From the NCBI GenBank assembly GCA_017609945.1, contig JAFCCZ010000002.1:1-32202 (forward strand): DNA of 32,202 nucleotides, given 5' to 3'. Source of the DNA: Candidatus Iainarchaeum sp. (GTDB lineage Archaea > Iainarchaeota > Iainarchaeia > Iainarchaeales > GCA-2688035). This document shows positions 17,822-25,731 of the stretch, one piece after another; position 1 is the stretch's first letter; every line of letters begins with the position of its first letter. Under the pieces are notes generated by a model. The model did no database searches and was not told where the DNA came from. It saw only the letters and a list, made by a program, of their open reading frames with translations. Made by a program: the position numbers and the translations under genes.

Positions 17822-17826
17822 TTACC

Positions 17827-18819
17827 ATGCAGAAATACCTCAGAAACGCATTCATCTTCCTGTTTTTTGTTTTTGCCCTGCTGGCTGTGATGGGTGGCCT
17901 TACTAATGCAACAGAAGTCCTAAAAACGGCAAATATTGAATTATTAGCCATTGCATGCATTTTTTTCATATTTTCCATCATTATATGGCTAATTTCGTGG
18001 GCTTACCTTATAAAAAAGCGCAACCCGGCTGGATTCAGGGATTCCCTGGTTATTGGATTTTCCGCTGTTTACGCCTCCCTCACCCCAATTCAGCTTGGGG
18101 CAGACATGCTTAGGGCAGTTTCGCTGAAGGAGCATTTTGGTGTCCCGTACTCAGAATCCATTTCCGCTTCCATGGTTGTAAAGGGCATGAAGTTTCTTCT
18201 AATTTCACTGCTCTCAGGCACTGTAATCTTTCTTTTTATCTCATCTGCAGAATACAGCCCCTTTGTTCTGGCCGGTCTTCTTTCAGGCTTTGCGGTAATT
18301 CTGCTTGCAACCGCACTGTTCCTTCTCCCGCTGAGAGAAGGCTTTGGCCTCAGAATTGCAGGAATTTTTAAACGCTTTTCCGGAAGGCTTCCGCTGGCTG
18401 GAAGGCTCTGCAAGTTCTTTGAATCTTACAGCGAGTACCTCCCGGGCCTTGGAGCAAAAACATTTCTCCTGACCCTGCTGCTCTCCGGCCTCTCCCTTTC
18501 CCTTGAATTTCTCGCCCTACTTTTCTCTTTCAAGGCCTTGTCAATTGCCATTCCAATTTACTCGGTTGCAGTGCTGTTTATTCTTGTTTCAATCCTTGAA
18601 AGAACCCCCTTTCTCCCGCGTGGAATCGGGCTGGTTGAGGGAATAGGCTTTGCGTTCCTCTCAATGCCAATTGCCGTTTCATCACTTTCAATTCAGCAGA
18701 TTGGGGCATTGCTAATTCTCTTTGACCTGGTGCGTCTTGTTGTGCCAGCCATTGCAAGCATGGCCGTTTACTCGGTTGCCAGCCTGAAGCAGAATTCAAA
18801 TTACGCCAAACAGCTTTGA
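17827..18819 (+). CDS. flippase-like polytopic membrane protein (UPF0104 / LPG-synthase-TM-like)
   Basis: 330 aa with about 8 TM segments and an architecture typical of that family. The assignment rests on pattern only. Confidence 0.45.
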   Translation: MQKYLRNAFIFLFFVFALLAVMGGLTNATEVLKTANIELLAIACIFFIFSIIIWLISWAYLIKKRNPAGFRDSLVIGFSAVYASLTPIQLGADMLRAVSLKEHFGVPYSESISASMVVKGMKFLLISLLSGTVIFLFISSAEYSPFVLAGLLSGFAVILLATALFLLPLREGFGLRIAGIFKRFSGRLPLAGRLCKFFESYSEYLPGLGAKTFLLTLLLSGLSLSLEFLALLFSFKALSIAIPIYSVAVLFILVSILERTPFLPRGIGLVEGIGFAFLSMPIAVSSLSIQQIGALLILFDLVRLVVPAIASMAVYSVASLKQNSNYAKQL

Positions 18820-19758
18820 CCAGAAAAGGCAGTTTGCAATTGTAACCGCCCAAAGTATGGTTACTACTTGCCATTCCCTCAGTGGCCCAAACACTTTGAG
18901 GATAAGCTTTGCAAAGTCCAGCTTTGAACCGTTCCCCGTCTTTGGGATTGAAAGCTTTCCGTTTGGAAGAATGGCATAGGGCAGTGACTTGCTCTGGCTC
19001 ACATCCCTCGGGTTTGTTAAGAGCTTCAGCAGGAAGAAGTCAACAAAGTGCGGCAGGAAGAACAGTGTTCCAAGAATTATCATTTCAAACCGCTGGTTCA
19101 TCACAAGCAATGCAGCTATCGCACTTCCAATGAAAAGGGTTCCGCTGTCCCCGGGAAAAACCCTTGCCGGAAACCTGTTCCAGAACAAAAGTCCGAGAAT
19201 CATCCCGTTTAGGGCAAGCGAGAGAAGCACAAGGTTTGGGTCAAGGCTCGTTGAAACAATCAAGGTCACAAACACAGATATTATGAGGCCCGATCCAATT
19301 TCCCACCCATTCAGTCCGGCAAAGGTATTCTCAAATGAGGCAAGCCCTGCAACAAACAGTGCTATCATAACTGCCCAAACCGGGTCGTGGAAATGCACCG
19401 CTCCAAAAAGCAGTGAAACAAAGGCCACTGGAATGGCCCTAAATGTCCAAGGGGCTGTCTTCATCATAAACTTGTGCTTTGTGTCATCCATTAGCCCAAT
19501 AAACGCAAATGCACTGACAATAAGTCCAAATAAGAAATAAAACATGTTGAATTCCTGCTGGTAAAACAGGCCTATTGCGAGAATCGCAAACCACACCGGC
19601 ACAAGAAGGGCGATTCCTGCCGCTTCCGGAACAATCCTTTGGTCAAGCTTGTTGATGTCCTTTCCAATTACTCCGTTTTTCTTGTTGAGTTTCCCGAAAA
19701 GGTAAACAAACAGAATTGACAAAGCAAGCGGCACAAAAAACAGTATAATTTCCCTCAC
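18796..19758 (-). CDS. glycosyltransferase family 4 sugar-1-phosphate transferase (AglH/WecA/MraY-like)
   Basis: GLMDD, NTFAGLNGWEIG and FPARVFPGDSGTLFIGS motifs, polytopic. Its GTG start overlaps the truD TGA (GTGA). Confidence 0.8.
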   Translation of the reverse strand: MREIILFFVPLALSILFVYLFGKLNKKNGVIGKDINKLDQRIVPEAAGIALLVPVWFAILAIGLFYQQEFNMFYFLFGLIVSAFAFIGLMDDTKHKFMMKTAPWTFRAIPVAFVSLLFGAVHFHDPVWAVMIALFVAGLASFENTFAGLNGWEIGSGLIISVFVTLIVSTSLDPNLVLLSLALNGMILGLLFWNRFPARVFPGDSGTLFIGSAIAALLVMNQRFEMIILGTLFFLPHFVDFFLLKLLTNPRDVSQSKSLPYAILPNGKLSIPKTGNGSKLDFAKLILKVFGPLREWQVVTILWAVTIANCLFWSKLFGVI

Positions 19759-21011
19759 CCTTCCACCTTCATTAACTCCCTCAAAACAGTAGTTGCATAA
19801 CTTCCCTTTTCCAGCTCAAACGAAATTTTTGCAAACCTTTTTCCCTCAAAGAATTCATCCTCCCCAGTTCCCAAAAACTTCAGCTTTTGCGGGCGCAGCA
19901 CTATTTTGCGCTTTGCCCCCTTTGAGGAGAGCTCCGGCATCTCCTTTACCTTAAAATTCTTCAGGGAAATTCCCTCTTCCTCTAGAACAGATTTCTCTAT
20001 TTCGCCAGGCTCTCCCTCCGCAAGCTTGGACTCAAATCCAAACAGGGGGGCGGTTGGCTTTCCGTCCAATAATATATCTCCCTTCACTTTTTTTAAACCC
20101 CACCCAAGCTCAAGCCTTTCGCTTATAATGCGGTTGAACAAATAGCTTTGGTAAGCGTGAGTGAACAAATATCTCAGCGCCTTGGGCAGTTCCCTGAAAG
20201 CGCCCACAAAATCCCTCGGGTATTTGCAGAGATAGTGAATTATTGCCCGCTCATACCTGAACTTTACCGGAAATTCCTTGCTTGCCCTTGAAAAGTCGCC
20301 GCTCTTCGCAAGCTCAAGCCTGGCTGCCTTGATCTCTTCGTCCTCTTTTGGGAAGGTAGCGGTTAGGTAAAGCATTATTGCCTTTTCAGGGTGGCCGTTC
20401 ACAAACTCTTTTCCCACAAGATGCGTAATCTGCCTTACCCCGCCAAACCTCTGTTCGCCAAAAAAATTCGCAATTCCCTGCCCCTTAACCTCCGAGAAGA
20501 ATCCCTTTACCCGTTCCTTAATCACCTTTTCCTCCAGTGAGATATCCCTTATGATAATTGTAAACCCGTTGCCTGAAAGATCCCCAATTTCAACCCTTTC
20601 ATTGCCCCATTTTGGATTCCTCAAGTCAATTCCCCTTGAGGAGAATGCGGCAAGCCTTTCAAGGTTTGGGTCAAAAATTGAAATCCTCTGGCAGGTTACC
20701 GCACGCTTGTCCTTTAAGCCGGCATATCCTATTCGCTTTTTGCTGCACTGCAGAAACCTTGAGATTTTGCTAATGCAAAAGTTCAGGTCCTTGTTTATTT
20801 TCTCAAGGTCAAGGCAAAGCTGTTCCTCGCCACTTCTCTTCGGAATCTTAAGTCCTGGTTCGTGTTTTTCCCAGTCATACTCTCCAATAAATCGGTTTGC
20901 TTTACAGGCCCTTCCGCCTGGAGTCACTTCCTCTACAACAAAATCCGTGTACCTTCTCTTTATCTGCCCGCCAATGCCTTTGCAGTTTGTTGAATAAGTG
21001 TTTTTGCGCAT
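19755..21011 (-). CDS. truD: tRNA pseudouridine synthase TruD/Pus7 family
   Basis: GGQIKRRYTDFVVEEV and IGYAGLKDKRAVTCQ (catalytic Asp motif), 418 aa. Confidence 0.9.
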   Translation of the reverse strand: MRKNTYSTNCKGIGGQIKRRYTDFVVEEVTPGGRACKANRFIGEYDWEKHEPGLKIPKRSGEEQLCLDLEKINKDLNFCISKISRFLQCSKKRIGYAGLKDKRAVTCQRISIFDPNLERLAAFSSRGIDLRNPKWGNERVEIGDLSGNGFTIIIRDISLEEKVIKERVKGFFSEVKGQGIANFFGEQRFGGVRQITHLVGKEFVNGHPEKAIMLYLTATFPKEDEEIKAARLELAKSGDFSRASKEFPVKFRYERAIIHYLCKYPRDFVGAFRELPKALRYLFTHAYQSYLFNRIISERLELGWGLKKVKGDILLDGKPTAPLFGFESKLAEGEPGEIEKSVLEEEGISLKNFKVKEMPELSSKGAKRKIVLRPQKLKFLGTGEDEFFEGKRFAKISFELEKGSYATTVLRELMKVEG

Positions 21012-21016
21012 GGCCC

Positions 21017-23764
21017 TTACCTGAACCTTAGAATCGCACCAATTCCTCCAAATCCCTTCAGGAACTGTTCGCCCTCTGAGGTGTCTGTGCTGATGATTTT
21101 TGTTTCAGTGCCGGTGCTCATTGCCTTTTCAACTATCCAGTCGGTGTAGTCAACCTCTTCCATGAGCTCCAGAGCAGAATCGCATTTCTTGCACTTGTGC
21201 TTGCTTGGCTCAAAGCCAGTTGGCTCCTTGACAACAATTTCTTCCTCCGTATCGCAGGAATTGCACTTGAACTTGTAAACCATCCACTCAATTTCCTCAC
21301 TCAAAAGCAGGGTTTCAACCTTTCCGACCAAGAGGGCTTCCTCCACCTCCTGCTGCCCGTACGCTGCAAGTCCGCCTGGCTTCACAACCTCTCCCATGAA
21401 ATTATTCACAACGTTTTTTTCCTTTGTGATTTCCGCATCCCTCAAAAGTTCACTGCTTTTGTTTACTGCTTCCCTTATTCCACTTTCGTCAGTGTAGGAT
21501 GTGTCAATTGTTCCAAGAACCTTTTCCTTTAGCCGGTGATCCAAACGGTCCTGGTTCATAAAGTAATTTTTTGTTATTCCCGGCCCTGCGATAAGCAGGC
21601 CCTTTAGCTTGTCTCCGTATGGCACAAAAATCTCCGTTAGCTTGGTGCCAATCCTTTTGTAGAAATCGTTCACCGCGTCCTCGTGAAGCCTTTCAAACCT
21701 CTGAGCGGAGTTGTGGGAAACAATTCCGCCTGCAATAAAGTTTTGATTTTCAACGCTAATATCAACCATTTTTACAGAAGCTTTCTTTCTTGAAATACTG
21801 GCAATTTTTACTGGGAGGAGTTCTCTTTTAAGAACTGTTTCAAGTTCCTTAATCAAGCCCTCGTTTTTAGCAAATCCAATTACCGAATTTTTAAATGCCT
21901 GCTTGCTCATCATTCTTTCATTTCTGAAGAAGTTTGTTACCCTTGGAAAATCTGTTACCTTAAAGCCGTTCTTTTCTATTAGTTCTCTAATTTGCTTTCC
22001 AGAGGAAGAAATTTGCCTAACGCTGCTTTTGTTTCCAATCTTTGCAATCTCTTTTGAAAGCTGTTTGGATTTTTCAGTCGAGCTAAACCCAATTTTTTCT
22101 TTAAACAATTCAATTGACTTCTTTTCACTCAATTGGACTGTGAACCTAATCTTATTTGAATAGGGGTTTTTTCTGTTGTCATAACGATGAATTCCTGCAA
22201 GAATCCCAAACCTAAGCAGCGCCAACTGCACCTGCTTTACAAGTTTTTCATTATTCATTCCTAACGCCACTTTTTTGTGGCTCACATAGCCTTCAGCATC
22301 AAACAGTCCACGCAGGAAGCCAGCCAAGATTCTGTCAGGCGATTTCAAAACCTTTTTTGGAATGGATTTACTGTTTAATTCCGGAAAATTTCCCCGCAAA
22401 TATCTTATGATAGCTTTACCATACACTCTTATTGTGAAATAATTCTTTGTTTTTCTAAAACGAACACTTGTGTTTGCGTTGAAAACTCTGGCGGCAAGTT
22501 TTTCATATTCGTTCGCAATTTCTTCTCTCTCTTCAAAAAAGCTCAGCCTTTCCTCTTCAAATGAGCCATCGCCGGCAAAGTATCCTATTAGCTGTGCAAG
22601 TTCCCAACCAATCTCTTTTGGGAGTCGAATCTCGCTATTTGGTTTGCAGTGTTTTTGAACAAACAGGTTAAAGTCTATTCCAAGGTGGTTGCAAATTTTT
22701 CCAAGTGTCCGGTTCCTCGGACAAAACTTCCCAAGTTCTAAAGCCGAAATGTTGGCTTGGCACAATCCTGCCTTTCCCGCCAGTTCTCTCTGAAACAGGC
22801 CCAGGGAAGTTCTTGCCTCTTTAAGCGCTCTTCTGCCCCTTTTAAGAACTGTGAATGAATTAAAATAATTGCTTTGCAGTTTTTGCGCAACCCCTTTAAC
22901 TCTAATTTTTTCTGGAATTAGAAGGAACTGCCCTTTCTCCAATTTCCCTGCGGTTTTTTCAGCTATTTTGCCGTGCTTCCAGCAGAACAGCGAGTGGTCT
23001 TTGGAGCAAGCGATTTCAAGCCTGGGCTCTTTAGTAATAATAGTGGCCGTTTCATTTTTCACAGTATTCCATTTGTCATTTATGAAGGAATCTTCAACCG
23101 AAAAACTGTAAAAATCGGCTGTCTTAACCCCGCTTGGGTTATGGCATTTTGAAATCTCAACGATGTTGCCATCACTAAGCTGAATTAGCGTGTTGGGAAC
23201 TAGGCATTGCCCGCCAGCCCTATGCTTCCCGCTTACTCCTGAGGTGAAGTGTCCGAGAATCTCATACTTTTTTCCAACAAGAATCGCAATTGTTGATTCC
23301 TTGTTGTCAATTGTGAGAATTCCAAAAATATCGGTTGGAGCAACCATTTCCTCAAGCGGGACAAGGTGAAATTCTGAATCGCACCAGTAAAGCTTTGTCT
23401 TAAGCTCTCTCGGGGGCTTTATTGTAAAAAGCCTTATATCACTTTTTCCCTCCTGCTCTGAAACGTTTCCCGAAAAAACCACCAGTCCTTTCTCAGGCAG
23501 CTTGAAGTTAATCTGCTTCAGGAAATTGTTCAGCTTCCTCAAACTGCCCTGCACATTCTTTCTCGTTGTAGGGCTCTTAATGTTGCTGCTCTGGCTGAGC
23601 TCTTCTGTTATTTGGGCCATGACGCTGCTCCTGTCTACCGCGGGCGGAAGGTAAAGGGAAATGAGTTCTGTTCCCCGGCCCTTGAACTGCTTCATTTTCT
23701 TCAGTTTTTTCTTGAAGAGGACTATCTCTGCCTCGTTTACCTCTTCCAAATGGCTGTTTTTCAT
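21017..23764 (-). CDS. prf1: peptide chain release factor aRF1, interrupted in frame by a 499-aa intein
   Basis: RGTELISLYLPP, NIKS, YWCDSEF (YxCxxxF), then HRAGGQ | intein | SAQRFERL. The exteins total about 416 aa, the normal aRF1 size. The C-terminal domain carries a zinc-ribbon mini-domain CNSC...CKKC. ATG at 23764. Confidence 0.9.
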   Translation of the reverse strand: MKNSHLEEVNEAEIVLFKKKLKKMKQFKGRGTELISLYLPPAVDRSSVMAQITEELSQSSNIKSPTTRKNVQGSLRKLNNFLKQINFKLPEKGLVVFSGNVSEQEGKSDIRLFTIKPPRELKTKLYWCDSEFHLVPLEEMVAPTDIFGILTIDNKESTIAILVGKKYEILGHFTSGVSGKHRAGGQCLVPNTLIQLSDGNIVEISKCHNPSGVKTADFYSFSVEDSFINDKWNTVKNETATIITKEPRLEIACSKDHSLFCWKHGKIAEKTAGKLEKGQFLLIPEKIRVKGVAQKLQSNYFNSFTVLKRGRRALKEARTSLGLFQRELAGKAGLCQANISALELGKFCPRNRTLGKICNHLGIDFNLFVQKHCKPNSEIRLPKEIGWELAQLIGYFAGDGSFEEERLSFFEEREEIANEYEKLAARVFNANTSVRFRKTKNYFTIRVYGKAIIRYLRGNFPELNSKSIPKKVLKSPDRILAGFLRGLFDAEGYVSHKKVALGMNNEKLVKQVQLALLRFGILAGIHRYDNRKNPYSNKIRFTVQLSEKKSIELFKEKIGFSSTEKSKQLSKEIAKIGNKSSVRQISSSGKQIRELIEKNGFKVTDFPRVTNFFRNERMMSKQAFKNSVIGFAKNEGLIKELETVLKRELLPVKIASISRKKASVKMVDISVENQNFIAGGIVSHNSAQRFERLHEDAVNDFYKRIGTKLTEIFVPYGDKLKGLLIAGPGITKNYFMNQDRLDHRLKEKVLGTIDTSYTDESGIREAVNKSSELLRDAEITKEKNVVNNFMGEVVKPGGLAAYGQQEVEEALLVGKVETLLLSEEIEWMVYKFKCNSCDTEEEIVVKEPTGFEPSKHKCKKCDSALELMEEVDYTDWIVEKAMSTGTETKIISTDTSEGEQFLKGFGGIGAILRFR
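21710..23206 (-). mobile_element. full-size intein with LAGLIDADG homing-endonuclease domain and an XRE-like HTH segment
   Basis: Starts CLVPNT (block A). SKDH (block B-like). LAQLIGYFAGDGSF and ILAGFLRGLFDAEGYV (two LAGLIDADG motifs). Ends FIAGGIVSHN, followed by the +1 Ser. I verified the junction codons on the minus strand: TGC at 23206-23204 and AAC at 21712-21710. Confidence 0.85.
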
Positions 23765-23779
23765 GTTGATCAACCCAAC

Positions 23780-23789
23780 TATTTAAATA
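23780..23789. promoter_or_regulatory. palindromic TATA box TATTTAAATA in the 67-bp divergent aRF1/pyrH intergenic region
   Basis: Read directly. Which gene it serves is uncertain, because a second AT-rich box lies at 23803-23812. Confidence 0.35.
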
Positions 23790-23831
23790 AAAGATTACAT
23801 TACATTATTTAACTCATTGTTTGGTGTTAAA

Positions 23832-24731
23832 ATGTTTCCTGACATGTTTGAGATATTTAACCAGGGCGAGCAAAGGGACGAGCAAGGCAGTGATGACCCT
23901 TCTCCAAGTTCCATTAATTCTGCAGGCAGGTTTGTCCCGGACAGATTCTTTAGTGTAAGCGTTGGCGGAAGCATTCTGATTGGCGACAAACCAAATGTTA
24001 CAAAGATTGCGAAATTTTCCGAATCAATAAATAGATTGTCCGCCGAAGGTTATAACTTTGCTTTGGTTCTTGGAGGCGGTAAGATCTGCCGTAGCTATCA
24101 GGCGGCTGCAAAGGCTTTGGGGGCAAACAACTATTTTCTGGACGAGTTGGGAATAATGGTTACAAGAATTAACGCAACCCTTCTCACCCAATCGGTTGAC
24201 AACGCTTATCCCCGCGTTCTAACAAATGTTTCGTTTGTAAAGAGAGTTCTTGATATTGGAAAGATTCCAATCCTCGGCGGGCAAATTCCCGGCTTTACCA
24301 CCGACGCTGTTGCTGCCCTGATTGCAGAACAAATGCAGGGAAATTTCATCAACCTGAGCAATGTTGACGGAGTCTACAGCTCTGACCCCAAAAAGTCAAG
24401 GAGCGCCAAGTTCTACCCTGAACTGAGCTACGAGCGGCTTATTAGCATAATTCAGGTTGTGGAGTCAAAGCCAGGGCAGAATCTTGTGCTTGACCTTCCC
24501 GCCGCCCTTGTCCTAAAGAGGAGCAGGATTCCATCGCTTTTTGTGAACGGCAACGATTTGGAGAACTTTGAGGCAGCCGTCCGTGGCCAGGAATTCAGGG
24601 GAACGGTTGTGAACGAGGAAATTTCCGAGGGCGAGGCCAAAACCACCGGCAAAATCGTTCCGAGAAGAAGGCACGAGTTGGAAGAAGAGGAAGAATACAA
24701 AGACCCAGATCCTGACGAAATAAAGTTCTGA
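23832..24731 (+). CDS. pyrH: UMP kinase (archaeal PyrH) with N- and C-terminal extensions
   Basis: VGGSIL, LVLGGGKICR, GIMVTRINA, GGQIPGFTTDAVAALIAE and NVDGVYSSDPKK are collinear with archaeal UMP kinase. An extra acidic tail of about 40 aa reads ...ELEEEEEYKDPDPDEIKF. Confidence 0.85.
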   Translation: MFPDMFEIFNQGEQRDEQGSDDPSPSSINSAGRFVPDRFFSVSVGGSILIGDKPNVTKIAKFSESINRLSAEGYNFALVLGGGKICRSYQAAAKALGANNYFLDELGIMVTRINATLLTQSVDNAYPRVLTNVSFVKRVLDIGKIPILGGQIPGFTTDAVAALIAEQMQGNFINLSNVDGVYSSDPKKSRSAKFYPELSYERLISIIQVVESKPGQNLVLDLPAALVLKRSRIPSLFVNGNDLENFEAAVRGQEFRGTVVNEEISEGEAKTTGKIVPRRRHELEEEEEYKDPDPDEIKF

Positions 24732-24733
24732 GC

Positions 24734-25729
24734 TTACAAAAACTCGTCTATTTTATAATTCTCCAGTCTTTTCTCCCCAAACACCATTGAGAGTTCTGAC
24801 GGGCTGAGCAATGGCTGCTTGAATGAGGAGGAGTCATCAAACGCAATGCGCGGGCAGGCGGTTGAAACAAGCGCGTCAACCTTTACCCCAGTAAGGTATT
24901 CCGGCTTCACAAAGTCTGAAACGAAAATGAATGCCTTTCGCCCCTTTCCCTCAATCTCCCGCTTCAGCTTTAGCGCAAGCTTTTCCCTAAGCTGCCCCTT
25001 CTTTGAGCTCAAGAGAATCCCAAAGCTTTTTGCGTCCATTGCCCTGGCAATTACCGCATACCTTTTTCTCAGGAAAAGATCCCGCTCATTTTTCAACTCC
25101 CCAACTTCCAAACTCAAAGGATTTGCGGTAAAAACCGGCTTGCTTGAGCTGAAAGAAATCCCAAGCACATGAAAAAGTCCGTCCCCCAAAAAGACAACTG
25201 CCTCAACCTTTCCCTCAATGCTTTTAACGCTTGAGTAGTTGCAGCCAAGTACCTGCCCTTTTGAAACTCCTTTTCCCCTTCCAACAAAAACCTTCAGACC
25301 CCTCTTCTCAAGCAACTCTCCAAAACTCTTCAAGTGCCCAAGATACTGTACTGTGCTGCACAGCGCAATCTTTTTCCCTTTCCCAACCTTTTTTGCAATG
25401 CCCTCAGCAAGCATTGCAAGCCCCCCTTTCACGAGTTTGTATCCAAGAGGCAGGTAAACGGTTTCAACCTCTGTCTTTGAAAGAAACGGCGAGTGCCCAA
25501 AGTGCAGCAGCAAGCTTGCACCAACCCTTTTTGCCTCGTGATCTGAGAGAGAACACGAGCCATAACACGGGTCAACAAAAGTAAAAACAACCGCACCGGT
25601 CTTTTCCTCAATGCCCTTTGCTATCTCCAGCGCCCGCTCTTTAAGGCCCTCTGGAATCTGCACTGCAACAATTTTTGCCCCTTTCTTCAAGACAGCTTGC
25701 ACTGCCTTGTCCAAATCCAATTGCAGCAC
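24734..25729 (-). CDS. dph2: diphthamide biosynthesis radical-SAM enzyme Dph2
   Basis: 331 aa with IPEGLK, DPCYGSCSL, LLHFGHS and ACPRIA motifs. GTG start lies 2 nt after the ppsA stop. Confidence 0.85.
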   Translation of the reverse strand: MLQLDLDKAVQAVLKKGAKIVAVQIPEGLKERALEIAKGIEEKTGAVVFTFVDPCYGSCSLSDHEAKRVGASLLLHFGHSPFLSKTEVETVYLPLGYKLVKGGLAMLAEGIAKKVGKGKKIALCSTVQYLGHLKSFGELLEKRGLKVFVGRGKGVSKGQVLGCNYSSVKSIEGKVEAVVFLGDGLFHVLGISFSSSKPVFTANPLSLEVGELKNERDLFLRKRYAVIARAMDAKSFGILLSSKKGQLREKLALKLKREIEGKGRKAFIFVSDFVKPEYLTGVKVDALVSTACPRIAFDDSSSFKQPLLSPSELSMVFGEKRLENYKIDEFL

Positions 25730-25731
25730 GT

